A program made the translations under genes and the position numbers. A DNA stretch of 64,000 nucleotides, taken from contig JAQFVV010000011.1 of assembly GCA_028023455.1 (NCBI GenBank), positions 2,480,001 to 2,544,000 of the forward strand, in the 5' to 3' direction. The notes under the pieces were generated by a model. It was not told where the DNA came from. It searched no databases and saw only the letters and a program-made list of their open reading frames with translations. Each line of letters opens with the position of its first letter. Positions within the stretch are counted from its first letter, which is position 1. The DNA comes from Epiperipatus broadwayi (lineage: Eukaryota; Animalia; Onychophora). Below are positions 25,875-39,290 of the stretch, piece after piece.

Positions 25875-26700
25875 TCATCATCATCATCAATAGTATTTTC
25901 CTAGTCACATCATCAATTTATCCATTTTTTCAATCCATTCTCTTCATTGCCCAGTTCTTCAATTCCATGTAATTCTCCCAATCTCATATCATCCAACAAT
26001 GTCAATATTTTCCATTCTTTTTTCTTGCTTTCACTCACCATTTCCTCCAAAACATCTTTCATTAAACTATACCTTCTTTTTATATATGTCCAATCCATTT
26101 CTAATTTCCTCAATCAATTTTTCTTCATTTCTTCTTTTTAGAACTTCTCCATTTGTTATTTTATTTATACAATTAATTATTTTCCATTCTTTTCTATGAC
26201 CACATCTCAAAGGCTCCAAATCTGTTCTTAATTTTATTACTTTGTCCATGTTTTATAACCATACAATAGTATACTACCTTCTTTTTTCAAAGGTACACAA
26301 AATATTTTCCAATGCTATTCCATCCTCACTCAGCCAACTACCCAAATATGTAATTCCTTTACATGTTAAACTATGTTATCATGGATTTCAATTTGCAATC
26401 TTTTTACATTTCTCCTTATACATAAACACTTACTCTTCTCAACACTAATCCTCATTCCATATTCCATACATCCTTCTTCCAATTTATTCAACATATTCTG
26501 AAAACACTTTTCATCCTCAGCTATAAGAATCATACCATTATCAAATCTTATACATTTTCTTACTCTACTTCCAATGTTTGCTCTTCCACAGTCTAAATAA
26601 TTATTTAATATGTGGAATATAGAAATAACTATAAAAAAACATGTAACTGTTGATCTATGATAAACCATTGAATTTTTAATTTTCACAAGTGCACATTTGA
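25875..26700 (-). mobile_element. RTE-like LINE 3' fragment (RT motif 5 to tail)
   Basis: RFDNGMILIAEDEKCFQNMLNKLEEGCMEYGMRISVEKSKC (cf. RFADDMVL...YGMKIN..KTK); (GAT)n tail at ~25878. Confidence 0.8.
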
Positions 26701-27033
26701 AAAAGTTTATTTGCAAAGGAAAGAATTTCCAAAAAATAGATACTATTTTTTTAGTAGTGAAGAATGAAACTGAATTAATTTTTCATTTTTATATAATGTT
26801 CTCAACATATTGTCTAATTACATTGAAAAGATTCTGTAATAATTTAAATGTCTTTTTACTGCCTAAGAAATCATGTATTTTTAATGTCAGCATATATTCT
26901 CCTGTATTTTATTTCTACATAACAGTAATCAATAAATATTTGAATCATGATTTATATATCTCCTTGTATGATGACACACATATATATATATTGGATATAT
27001 TTTGGCTATTGTCTTTTATATATGCAGAAAAGA

Positions 27034-27142
27034 AGCATTGATGGTCGAGAGGTCAGCGCGACTGCCTTGCACTTGCAGGCAGTTGCCCGGGTTGCGGGTT
27101 CGCGTCCCGGCCGATGCTATGACACTTTAAAAAAAAAAAAAA
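27034..27142 (+). mobile_element. tRNA-Gly-derived SINE
   Basis: AGCATTG...CGATGCT acceptor-like stem, ACTGCC...GGCAGT anticodon-like stem, cccgggtt/gcgggttcgcgtcccgg, tgacact + poly(A); homologous to 18693. Confidence 0.85.
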
Positions 27143-28179
27143 TTAAATGGAATTTGAGTTAAATCCTTAGATTAAACATCAATATTTTTTTTAAAAAACA
27201 ACAGAAATGTAAACTAAAATGTTAAACTCATAGATTTCCTTCTCCCACCAGTGTTAAAAATAGCATATTGTTACACCTGTACTTTTGCTTTAATAATAAG
27301 TGCACTGGTTATTACAATTCAGATTACATTTTACATTATGGCTACTAATAACTAAATATGTATTTACTGATCAAAAATTGGATTACAGCTAAGTTGGGGA
27401 AACTTTATGGGGGGGAGGGGTTTATAAGACTACTTAGGATTCCTCCTCCCCAAATGTCATCTCATCTTGCATAACAATTATGCCATGAACAAACTAAAAC
27501 AGTGCATATAGACCCTTGAGTTTCGGGGACTCTTTTGTTTTATGCATATAATCAAATAAGTATTATAGTATATGTTACAAATATTAAAGTTTTTTTCTTT
27601 TTTAAATTTACATAGGGATCCAAAAATTTTAGGTATGCCCTTGCTTAGCAAACTCTTACGTTTATTACCTTACTTACTGAACAGGAATTCACCATTATAT
27701 ACATTAAAAAAACTAAACTATCTATATCTATAAACATCTATTATTCTATTTAACCTAAAATCTTTTTTTAAAAAATATGTTTGAAATTTACGTTGTTTTT
27801 TTTCAGCAGCACAATTCCTATGTGATTTGTAACCCCCTCTCCCCACACATATATATTAATAATATGATTTTTGACGTAGAAACAACTTAATGTTGATAAT
27901 ATTTTTACAACATTGAGTAATAGTACTTTTTTGTTTTTTATAAATATTAGGAGCTTTAAGCGACATAGTTGTTATGTTGTTTTTGATTTATTGTTGCCTT
28001 TTTCTTTCTGCCTGTTTAATTCCATTTGTATGTTTGATTTGTTAGCAGACTATTGTGAAAACATTTTTATTTATTAGCATTTTAAAATAGCATCATATGC
28101 ATTTATACATGTAAATACGTGCACATACCCTATAAGAGAAGCAAATTACGAATAATGCCAATCAAACAATTACAATTAA

Positions 28180-28530
28180 AAAAATCATACCGCATATATG
28201 TAGTAATTTAGTTCCAGTTATATATACTGTAATGGAATATGAATAGACACATGTTGAGGATAACAAAAGCATTGAAAGTGAAGTACATAGATGTGAAAAC
28301 AAACGGGTGAAGATATTGCTAGAAGAGATGATAATAAATACGCAATCGAAGTCTTAGACTGGATCTCTCAAAAATTTGTAACAGATTTAGAATAAGAACA
28401 CAAATAAGATGGATGGATGAGATAAGAAAATTTGCTGGATGTAAAGAATGAGAGGTTTTGGAGATACTGGATTAAACATGGAAAGATATCATACTACAGC
28501 GGATCAATAATGATTGGAAATGATAGTGAT
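28180..28530 (+). mobile_element. Degenerate RTE LINE 3' fragment
   Basis: Resembles 8160-8545 (gatggatggatgagataagaaaatttgctgga...ctacagcggatcaataatgattgg). Confidence 0.6.
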
Positions 28531-28674
28531 TACAGTTATCAATCTAAGTTTTTATTATAAATATTAATTCACTTAAAATTTCTTAGAACAGTTAAGTATA
28601 TATTTATATTACTGAGGTTAAGTTTGTAAATAAGAATTTGCAATGTGTAGATCACCAATTTTACGCTAACTTAC

Positions 28675-28698
28675 AGCTGATGTCTTCTGTCTGTGCAC
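28675..28698 (-). CDS. Candidate 24-nt microexon
   Basis: ataatttacacag| acceptor and GCT|GTAAGT donor; frame-preserving (VHRQKTSA or AQTEDIS). Confidence 0.35.
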
Positions 28699-29589
28699 CT
28701 GTGTAAATTATTTAGCATTACAGGTTTTACAATTCCTAATAACTATGAATGCACTATTAGCAAATGTAGCATATTCTGAAAAAAATAATAAAAAACCCAA
28801 ATATACACAAGAAAAGAACAAGTTTGCTTCAGATGTTGATGAAAATGAGAAGTACGCAAGGCATAACTTCTTTGCCATACAAATAAATTGTTACAAACTC
28901 TATTACAAAAATTTCAACTACAACATTCAACTGGCAGAATTTTCTAAACCATAGTGCTACCTAGTACAAGCTATAGTAAACAATAGATAGTAGAAGGTTG
29001 TACATTATTATACCCATCTAATACCATCCCATCTGATATTCTTAAACTAGCTCTAGAATATGGCTTTCAACTGTGAGGAACCTTGAATTTGGGAGAAGTG
29101 CACCTGGATTTTTTTTATCTAATTCACCTCTCCAGTACCTTTTTGATTAATTATAAACCTATTATTCCAAATTGAAATGCAATTGTTTGCAAAGTCATAC
29201 AGATCTGAATTCAGTATCTGTATGTTTCGATGTCTTTGATCTTTTTTAATAACCATAGTCACCAGAGCTGCTTATGATTAATGATGCTAACACTGAATGC
29301 CTATAAAACTTCTTTCTAATAAATAATAATTCAAATTTATTCTACATAAAATTGTCCCAGTATGTCTAAATCTTCAATAAATTTGTTTCTTATGAAGTGA
29401 TTTGTGCACATGTTATTACCAAAGTCATGTGGATTGACTTTACACACATATATATATACCTTGTGATTTACTCAATAACAATGCAATTTCAAATTACAAG
29501 CCTAAAGTTAAGAATTTCTACATACAAACACATGCACTTATAAATATGCACACACACACGTACATATATACTCATATTATTAAACCACT

Positions 29590-29715
29590 AAACATCACAT
29601 GATCACTATCTCATACTAGCACATAATTGTTATTAAACAAGCCTTCTGGCATCCATTGATTGCTCTTGTTAGCACAAGATGGCACTACTATATGGAGAGT
29701 TTTGCTTTGTTTACT
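29590..29715. repeat. Truncated copy of the 19569-19881 family
   Basis: taaacatcacatgatca...gttattaaacaagccttctggcatccattgatt...gagagttttg matches the tail and arm of 19569-19881. Confidence 0.75.
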
Positions 29716-29845
29716 CATATTATTATTAATATATGTAATAATCAGTGATACTTTATTATCATTATATGTAGAAAATAATATATTAGTAATAATGCGTATT
29801 GACAATGAAAATAATTAATTCTTAAATATAAATTTTAGTTTTTCA

Positions 29846-29930
29846 ATTTTTTTTTTACTTCTCATGCGTCATAGCATCAGCCGGGAAGCGAACCCGCTAA
29901 CCCGGGACAACTGTTTGTAAAGCAGCTGCT
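29846..29930 (-). mobile_element. tRNA-Gly-derived SINE, 5'-truncated
   Basis: Minus strand cagctgctttacaaacagttgtcccgggttagcgggttcgcttcccggctgatgctatga followed by an A-rich tail. Confidence 0.75.
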
Positions 29931-31559
29931 GAATGCATTTTTGATGCAGGGCGTGTTATAAATAAGACTATGGTACACCAGGTTGAGACTGCATTCAATT
30001 TAAAGGACTAAAATAATAAACATCATCCTTTGCGGATTATTTTCCCCCCATTAATATACATTATTACTAAAGTATTATATATATATATAATATAAGCAGA
30101 TATCTTTATATAAACGAACTAAAAAATCATTGTCAATTTTATATTTCTTATTATATAATTCAGTTTGCTTAAAATAAAAATAATTTTATACTATTTTATT
30201 AATACATTTTAAACTTTAGTTTAGATATAATAATGAATTTTGAAATGAATAGATTTCTTGCTTTACAAAAGAAAGCTAAAATTGCATATCGTTATAAAGT
30301 ATAAGACTCCACGGTTAGTCATGCCTTGAGGGAAAGATCAAATGGAGAGCATGCAACATTTGATTACAAAAAAAATCATAGACACTAAATTCTTATGATA
30401 ATAGAATCTGCAGCATTTGGAAATATATCTGAAAGGCTTTCAGATCATCAAATAATTATTATGACTATTATACAGATGTTTACATAAAACCCATCAACAT
30501 CATTTTAAAGCATTTACAGACAATCTGGTTTAACTTATTATATCATAAAAAAACAATTTAAAAAACGTTATCTAGTTTTGAACATGAGAAATCCATTATG
30601 TTCAGCATACTTTTAATACAGATTCTGCCAAAACTATTAAAACTTAGTTGATAGTGAAATTCATCTGTTACTTTAAAATAAAGTTTATAATAACTTCATA
30701 AAAATAAAAATATATAATAAAATATTAGATAAATGAGAAGGGTATCTTAATATTCTATGATGCAAATTTAAGTTCTAATCTCATTAATAATTTCTTGACA
30801 CAAAATAGATTCATTTCGTATATAAACATGTTTCAGTCACCACTCAGCCTGGTCAGATATTGTAGAAGTTTAAATAATTGTTCACCAATTTAGAATAACT
30901 GCCAAAATTCTAAATATAAACAATATCCTGAAAACTATTCATTTTTGTATTCCATCTGTCACACTTTTAAATAAGATAAATAAAATCAACTTTATATAAA
31001 ATAATCTGGCATATTTTGATTTATAATTACTATATTTAAAACTTTTGGATATGCATTTTATGAGAATATCTTATAAAAATTAGAATAGTCAAATCATATT
31101 TTAATGGATATATACATTTTCGATTTATTTTTAATGTCCTTTATTAATATATGTACACAAAGTTTTTAATATATATATATAAAAATTAAGCACTCAAGGT
31201 GCATATACTAAAGCTTTAGCTTTATATAAGTATTACCTGCTGACATTGCGCTTAATAAGAATTAATATATATAATTAATTAAAACTTGTTTTTTTTCTTT
31301 GATATAAATCTTTTTTTTTTAAAGTAAATTTATTGACTATGGATACAAAGTAGAAATAGTAAAGCAAATACAATAGGAAAAAACAAAAAATTGTCTTGAA
31401 TCCCTATGAACATTCTGACAGTTTGAGCAACATACACTCTTTTCAGCAGTCTTGTCATTCTTCTTTAAATTGAGAGTTCGGTATCTTTACTTGACAAAAC
31501 ATGGGCAAGGAATCAAAAAACATTCCTCAGCCTTACTACCATTATAGGAGAACTGATCA

Positions 31560-32330
31560 TTTGACTCTCAATTGCTTGAAATGGGTACACCTAGACATGG
31601 CTAGAGCCACCTTAGTGGCTTATGTAGAGTAACCCTTGGACAGACTGTTAAAGAAAACCCCCAACGCTGACATAAAAACTATTATGGCAATACCACAAAC
31701 TTCCAGGTATCATTATAAATTCTTTCCAGTGAAATCATTTGATCCCTCTTTCTGACAGGCTTGATTTTGCACAAAATTTCATTATGTAAATTACTGTTAC
31801 TCTTCCTAAATATCAGATGGCATCTCATTGTCCAGACTATATAGTTCATGATGATTGACAGACTAATTATTCCAAAGATTCCAGTTTTCAGACATTCATT
31901 CAGGTTAAAAATCCTTTGTTTATAGGATGTCATTCAATCATTGAGTATTGGTCTGCATTTATTTAATACCACAAAACCAAAGAATAGATGCTGCATTGAT
32001 TTATTCTCTTGATTGCACATCTGGCAGACTGGATTTTGTTTGGCAAAGCCTCTCCTCATGACTAAAAATTCACTGGTGGGAAGTGCAGTCAAATTTACTT
32101 TTATGATGAAATCCAGAAATCTTCCCTCCAGTATCCAGAATTTAAATTTCCTGATTAACAGATCGTTCAAAAGTTCCATGAGTGGCTGTGAAAGGGTTAA
32201 CCAATTGGTATACATCTCAATATTTCAATTTAGCTGACAACAATTCACCTCCAATACTTTCCCCCTTAACCAATACAATAAGGCTCTCCAGCCAAACGAG
32301 AGGTTTTAAGGGCGGGGCCTATCCATAGAC
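31560..32330 (-). mobile_element. L1/Tx1-like LINE C-terminal (zf-RVT-like) fragment
   Basis: RFLDFIIKVNLTALPTSEFLVMRRGFAKQNPVCQMCNQENKSMQHLFF: CxxC...H zinc-binding pattern downstream of RT. Confidence 0.75.
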
Positions 32331-33339
32331 TGAGGCGAGTCAATGAGGGGAATTAAGAATGAAAAACAGCTTATGTAAACCACTCTTTCAGCCCAACCAA
32401 CAGACTATGGGTCCTCTGATACAGAAAGGTTTGAATAGAGTGAAGGGCAAGACTATCATCTTATCTTAAGAAAAAGATATTACTTTTATAATTTCAGCAT
32501 ATTGTTACATTAATTGGAATTAAAAGTGATATATATTTAAAAAAGGCAGATATTTTTTAAAGACAGCTGTAGGAATAATTGCTTGTTTATCAGAATAGTA
32601 CAAATTGATGCTTATTGATATGGAAAATCCTCATATAAAGAGCTCTCATACGAAGGATTAGATTGGTTTAATGCTAAAATTTAGTAATTCTTGTTATTTC
32701 TTATTTGCATTTAGCTTATTCATTTTAGAAGTTGTTGTGAGAGATTTTTAACATAAAATAAATGTTTAAAAAAGAAGTACAATCCATATTTATCTTTTAA
32801 AATGAATTTTAATAATTACAAAAACTGCATTTTTATATGGTTCTCTGCTGGGTCCTTTTGCACTACCAGATCAAGGATAATAAAAAAATAAAATTAGATA
32901 AGAACTAAATATTTACTTGAAATACAAATAGCATGCTAAAATCTCTTTGCTTTGTCTATACCATACTATCAAGGTTTTTTCTAAAATATATATAATACTT
33001 GGAAAGAATGCTGAAGATCAATGAAATGAATAAAGACTGAATTATATTATCATGAATATAGTTGAGAAACATGAAGAAAAAAAACAGAAAATGAGTTTAT
33101 TCATATGAGTGCAAAGATTGATCTTCCCATAATAACAATAATTCATATTAATGGTACAGAATTAATCTTTAAAATAGTAAACAAAAAAAATGCTATAGTC
33201 ACAAAAATTGTTGAAGGTACAATTTTTAATATTTTGACAGATTAATATAATAATTAAAATAAAAACAATTGCTTAGGAGATCAAAAATTAAAAAAGCAAT
33301 TAAATAAAAAGTTAAGCAAATCCAGTTATTTTTACTTTG

Positions 33340-33800
33340 TTGTAAATCAATCCAAGAATCTTTAGTTTTCAAGACCATGATCCATGAATCTTTATCTCAA
33401 GAACATTATTCAAAAATCTTTATGTGATTCAAAAACTTTAGCTCTTGAGCCTATTATTTAAGAATCTTAATATGATCCAAGAATCTATATCTTCAGTCCA
33501 CAATCCAAGAATTTTAGCTCTCGAGTTCACGATCCAAAATCTTTAGCTCTTGAGTTCATGATCCAAAAATCTTTACATAATCCAAAAATACTTTTTGTAT
33601 CCATGATCCAAGAATCTATGTGATCCAAGAAACTTTAACTCTTGAGTTCATAATCCAATCTTTAGCTCTCAAGTCTGTGATCCAAAATAATCTTTGGTTT
33701 TAAATCTAAGATTCAAGAATCTTTATGTAATCCATGAATTGTGATCAAAAAATTTTTGCTCTTAAATCTAAGATTGAAGAATCTTTATGTGACTTTATTG
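33340..33800 (+). repeat. Degenerate composite minisatellite
   Basis: Repeated core tccaagaatcttta followed by either gctcttgagttcatga (~30-nt unit) or tgtga (~19-nt unit). Confidence 0.85.
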
Positions 33801-33995
33801 CTGAGCAAACATTGAATGATGCTTTAGAATAATAATTTTGTTTTTATAGTTAAGACTTTCTTTCTTGACAAAGTAGTAAAAAATATTCTGCAATCATAAA
33901 GTTTAGAAAATAATTCATTTTAGAGGATTGGAAATAAATATAATTTTTAAATACTGAGTGAAAATATACATCGATATTTTGCTTACTTAAACACA

Positions 33996-34245
33996 TGAAT
34001 AAGCATTTATTTTATAACGTCTTGCGTGCGATTATAATTACGATAGAATGACAGCCTGTTAAGCTAATTGCGCAGACGCTGTGAGAATGTTATTAATAAA
34101 TGAATACCTTCGAACAACCACATGATATAGTATTACTCTTATACAAATACTATATCATGTGGTTGTTCGAAGGTATTCATTTATTAATAACATTCTCACA
34201 GCGTCTGCGCAATTAGCTTAACAGGCTGTCATTCTATCGTAATTA
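33996..34245 (-). mobile_element. Young fold-back insertion: perfect 100-bp inverted arms, 39-nt tail, 13-bp TSD
   Basis: 34035-34134 is the exact reverse complement of 34146-34245 (11-nt loop); ttacttaaacaca at 33983-33995 and 34243-34255. Confidence 0.92.
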
Positions 34246-34319
34246 CTTAAACACAGTAAATAATCAAACATTATTGAAAAATTAATGTGTATTTTACTGA
34301 ATATACATAAAATACTTAC

Positions 34320-34409
34320 CTGATAGAAATTGTCTTTCCGTTCTAAATAACCTCGGAAATGAGACTGAATACAGATTGCAGCTCGTTCTTTTTTGGAATT
34401 ATTATCAAC
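34320..34409 (-). CDS. 90-nt phase 0-0 exon encoding an IQ calmodulin-binding motif
   Basis: ctgtattttattttatag| acceptor, CAG|GTAAGT donor; VDNNSKKERAAICIQSHFRGYLERKDNFYQ matches IQxxxRGxxxR. Confidence 0.8.
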
Positions 34410-34747
34410 CTATAAAATAAAATACAGAAAGTTTAAGTAATGAAGTTATTGACTATTTAAATAAACTTTACAAAACTTTAAAATCTTGTCCACACCTTAA
34501 ACAATAATCAATATGTTTAATGATCTAAACTATTTTAATGTTTACCTAAAAGAAGTAATTCAATTTTTCTTCAGTTACATTAGTAACATTTTCTTTTTAT
34601 TTAAACATGACGAATAAAAATTTTAAAAAATCGAAACTGTATGTTTACGTTCACAGAGTGTACGAACATATATGCGACCATGAACATATATCTATAGTAT
34701 GTTAAATGGTTTGCAGGAAAGCAAATTGATTACTCTAGAGAAACATA

Positions 34748-36005
34748 ATCATCATCATCATTTTCAACCATAATTGATCCACTGCAGGATAGTCTCTCTG
34801 AGTTCAATCCATATTCTCTGATCTCTAGCTTCTCTTCTCTACATCACCCCTACACACTTCCTTATTTCATCCATCAAACTTACATGTGGTCTCCTTCCAT
34901 GTCTTTTACACTCTCTAGGAATCCAGTTTAAGATTTCAACTATCCATCTATTATCATCTCTTCTAGCAATATGTCCAGCTCAACTCCACTTCAGTCTGTT
35001 AATTCTTTCTATGATATCAATAACTGCTGTTTATTCTTTCATCCATGTATTTCATTTTTGATTTCTTGTAGTTACTGTGTATCTCTCCATACTTCATTGA
35101 GTGGTGCGAAGTCTCTGTATTACTTTTCTGTTGAGTGTTCAAATATCGGATCCATAAATAAGGACTGGTAAAACACAGTTATTAAAAGACTTCCTTTTCA
35201 AACACATAGTCATATTTCCTTTTACTATTAAATTATTTCTACCATAAGCACTTCAAATAAGTTTAATTTTATGATTAAATTTTATTCATTACATTTCCAT
35301 CTGTAGTAATAATCTGACCAAGATATTTCTTCTAACTCATCATTCTCAATCTTTATTTTTTTTCTTTTGAGAAAATCCATTGAATATTACTGTAGTCTTT
35401 TTAACATTTACCTTTAGTCCTATTTTCTTACTTTGATCTGATAACTTTTGCAACTTTTCCTGAAGCTCTAAAGCATTATTTGCAAAAATGACTACATAAT
35501 TCTGCAAAATCTAGATGATTTAAATAATCTCCATTTACTTTTACTCCTTAATTTCCCATTTTAATCCACAAAATACTTCTTACAAATGCTATAAAAAGTT
35601 TTGGAGATATGCAGTCACCCTGTCTTACATCCTTTTCAATGTTGAATTTCCCAATATCATTATGTAATCTAATTGTTGCTGTTGCATTTTTATAAATATT
35701 CTTTAAAATATGACAATATCCTGGATCTATACCTTGATGATCCAATACTTTAATCACTGAAGAAATGTTTATAGAATCAAATGCCTTTTCATAATCTACA
35801 AATCCAAAACATAATGACAACTCATAATCATTGGTTCATTCTAAAAACATTTTTAAATCCAGTTTGTTTGTTTGGTTGGCCAATATCAAAGTTTGCTGTA
35901 GATGAGTTATAATTGATAAGTCTGTAATTTCTAATTTTTTATCACCTTTTTTAAAATATTAATATTGGATTCTTTAAATTATCTGGTACATCTTTATCAT
36001 TTAAA
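34748..36005 (-). mobile_element. RTE LINE, RT to 3' end (sense part of a 5'-inverted copy)
   Basis: KKGDKK, LCFGFVDYEKAFDS, DVRQGDCISPKLF, FAELCSHF (FADD-like), WIVEILNW...; (GAT)n tail at 34748-34760. Confidence 0.85.
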
Positions 36006-36019
36006 CAATTGATTTAAAA

Positions 36020-37235
36020 AGTAGACATGTATTATATTACAATGGTATAAACATTGGACATACAAGGGGAATAGAATTTATTATAAATAAAAAAAAATAG
36101 AAGGATATTTTGGAGATTGATAGTGTATTGGACAGAGTGGCAAGAGTTACTAATTGCAGATAATTCAAATTTATGGTTCAACAAGTTCTCATTGTAATAA
36201 AGAAGTAAAGAATTTTTATATGGATATACAAAAGGCTTTTGATCAGACCAAACAACATTTTAAAACTGTAATAGGAGGCTTTATTGCTAAAATTGGTAAA
36301 CAATTATGGTGATAGAAATAAGAGAGGACATAGATTTGTGAAATTTGCAGGAAAAAAATACCCTTTATATTATGAATTTTTTCTTTGAGAAAAATATTAA
36401 ATGGAAATGAACATGGATGCATCCAAATGAAAGTTTGAGAGTCCTCTAGACAGCTATCATTACATCTGATTGACTGTCATACAAGCATTCTAAAAAAAGC
36501 GCATGCGAGAGGTTTCAGCCTTTCAATTTAATTTTGACTAATAGAAAATATATATTTCAAGATTATAAAGTTCTTAATAAATTCAACAAATGAGGGGATA
36601 ATCAATTAGTGACATGTTAGATATATTTTAATGCAAAACTAGAGACAAAAATTTATTAAGAAAAACAATATTCACAATTGGTTTCTTAATCTTCAGAAAT
36701 ATTCTAATGAATTTAAATTAAAACTTGCAAATTGTTTTCAAATATTAACAGATTTTGAACATGATTCAGAATTGAATGAAATCAATAGGAAGATAACTGA
36801 TACACTTTTAAAAACTGCAAGAAAGATAGCCGTACAAAAAAACAGCAATTGACCAGTAAAATTTCTACTGAGTCAAGACTTAAGAAAATAAGAAATATGA
36901 AAATATATATACATGATGCATTAAGAAGAATTGAATATCTTGAATTTTGTAAAGTGTTTGTGTAAAAGAGTTGATAATGATATAAAAAATTATAAATGTG
37001 AACTACCAAGGAAAGCTATGGAATAGAATAAAAGTCTCAAAAGTATAAAACAACATCTTGATATTGGTAAGAAACTTATTTCTGCAATAAGAAAAAAAGA
37101 TGAACAATTTACTGAAAAGAGAGATGATACCATGATATGTGTAGAAGAGTTCTATCAAGAATTATATAGCAGTAAAGAACAAGAAAAAATACTTATTACA
37201 ACTACTACATCTTCTGAATTGCCAAGATTTTAAAT
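36020..37235 (+). mobile_element. RTE LINE endonuclease/linker region (inverted 5' part)
   Basis: GINIGHTRGIEF, IGGFIAKIG (GDFNAKIG-like), ICEICRKK, VEEFYQELYSS: the RTE region upstream of RT, in opposite orientation to 34748-36005. Confidence 0.75.
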
Positions 37236-38174
37236 GAAGTGATATCTTTTTTTTTTTTTTTTTTGGCATAATAATAATTACTATAATTTGATTTACAAGT
37301 GCCATATTTCTTGCACTCACATATTTGACAAAGTACCTTTCAGATAAATATATTAATAATAATTATTAATCACTTTATAGGCTAGAGATTATAACATCAT
37401 TTTTAATCCAGGTATAAACTTTAAATTTAATTAGAGATTAATATATCCATTGTTATTCAACACAATCACGTGGTATTATTAATTCTAACTTCTGACTTTT
37501 TCCTCATGCTCAATATCTTAGGTATATTTAAAACTTTTAGATATCACACAGCACTTGAAACAAATGAAGAAATACATCTGATGCTTTTATTTATATTAAT
37601 ATGTGTGTGAGGGAATAGATGTTTTAAGTATGTCTTAACAATGTAAGCAATAAGAATACTATTTATTAATCAAAAGCAGTGATCAATTACTATTTTACAG
37701 AGATTTTAAAATATAATTTATCCACAAAAATATTCAGGTGTACATGAGTAGCACCAGAGTTCCTAAATAGATTTTCCCTTTAATGTCATGTAATTTATCC
37801 CTTTTTTCTCCAAATATTCTCAAAATTTTATACGTGATTTAATTTTGTTCCTGCTGCTATTTGTCCATCAAAATTATAAAATGTGTTAACGGAGAATCAA
37901 ATGGTTTATATAAATTTATAATAAGAATAAACTAATTTTTTTAATTAAATGATACAAACATTTAATACAGTATTAACATGCATATTAATAAATAAAATTG
38001 CTAGATAACCAGATATTCTCAATGGGATTAATATCACCCCGAGGGCAATTTATTTGCAAGAAGATTCAACTGATAAGCCAATCAATTTATAGTGTAATCT
38101 TTATTTTATTTCTTCTTCTTAAAAAGTATATTTAAATTTAAAACATTGATTTACTAAAAATATTATGGTAATGA

Positions 38175-38310
38175 GTATTGGTTGCTGGTTCAACACGAAA
38201 TACGTTTATTGGAGATCATTTATCTTTTACACATGTATGTGGTCATGTGAATCGGTTGGGTGAGATAAAGTGGATAGCTGAAGGTAGCTTAAAAGTCTGT
38301 GTTCAAATCT
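38175..38310 (+). repeat. Degenerate single copy of family A (3' half of hammerhead plus downstream head)
   Basis: tgctggttcaacacgaaatacgtttattggagatcatttatcttttacacatgt aligns to 39304-39360. Confidence 0.6.
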
Positions 38311-38920
38311 ATATTAAAAATATTATATAAACTTTAGGCTTACTATATTGACTTTAGATATGAATTCAGTTAAGTCTGAATACAGAATTAATAATAATTA
38401 TTATTATGTTCAATCATTCTGTTTTAATTTAAATGCAAATTAAGACTTTTTTATAATTATCAAGATCTTTCCATAGCTCAGATTTTAGTAATAACTTCAA
38501 AGTTACGCCATCTGATTTCAGCTACATCTCGTAAATTTTGTTTTGTATGCGTGTGAGAAAAAGACCTTAAAAATTTATCAAAACAAGAGTTATAAAGTTC
38601 TTACTAAAAATGAAAATAAAATTATATTTATTTGTTGACTGGTTTTTAATGATTATTTCATTTAATAAATTATAAGTTTTAAATTCTGTTTATATTTCAC
38701 TTAACACTAATTATTGAAAGTGTTGCAAATACTTTACAAATTTCATTAATGTTTTTAGATAAATAAGGATAAATTAATACATTGTACATGCTTAAACCTG
38801 CATTTATATATGTAATATAGGCGGGATTCGAACTCAGACTTTCACACGACCCACTACTCTCAGTGCCATCTCATATTGCTGACCCACTTGATCACACACA
38901 TGTTGAAAAGATAAATAATC

Positions 38921-38964
38921 ACCAATATACGTATTTCATGCTAAACCAGCAATCATCAGTTGGT
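38921..38964 (-). ncRNA. Minimal type I hammerhead ribozyme (HHR family 1)
   Basis: ACCAA-CUGAUGA-U-UGCU(GGUUU)AGCA-U-GAAA-UACGUA-UA/UUGGU; 5-bp stem I, palindromic stem III, U.U at 10.1-11.1. Confidence 0.75.
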
Positions 38965-39290
38965 CTAGATTACTATCCTCACACATATATGTAATTAGAA
39001 CTCAGCTTTATATTAAGATAGCCAATCTTTATACTTTAATGGACAGGCTTCAAACTATTCCAACTCACAACTCTTCAGCCTTCCATTTCATTGAAAATCT
39101 GATGATGGAACGTTCAAAGCCCTTGATAGTGCCAAGGTTTGAACGTTCCACCATCAGATTTTCAATGAAATGGAAGGCTAAAGAGTTGTGAGTTGGAATA
39201 GTTTGAAGCCTGTCCATTAAAGTATAAAGATTGGCTATCTTAATATAAAGCTAGAACTGATTATATATATGTGTGAGGATAGTAATCTAG

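Noticed and set aside
33340-33800. Repeat-spacer appearance reminiscent of a CRISPR array
   Set aside because: Eukaryotic context, degenerate repeats, and linkers that are themselves repeated rather than unique.
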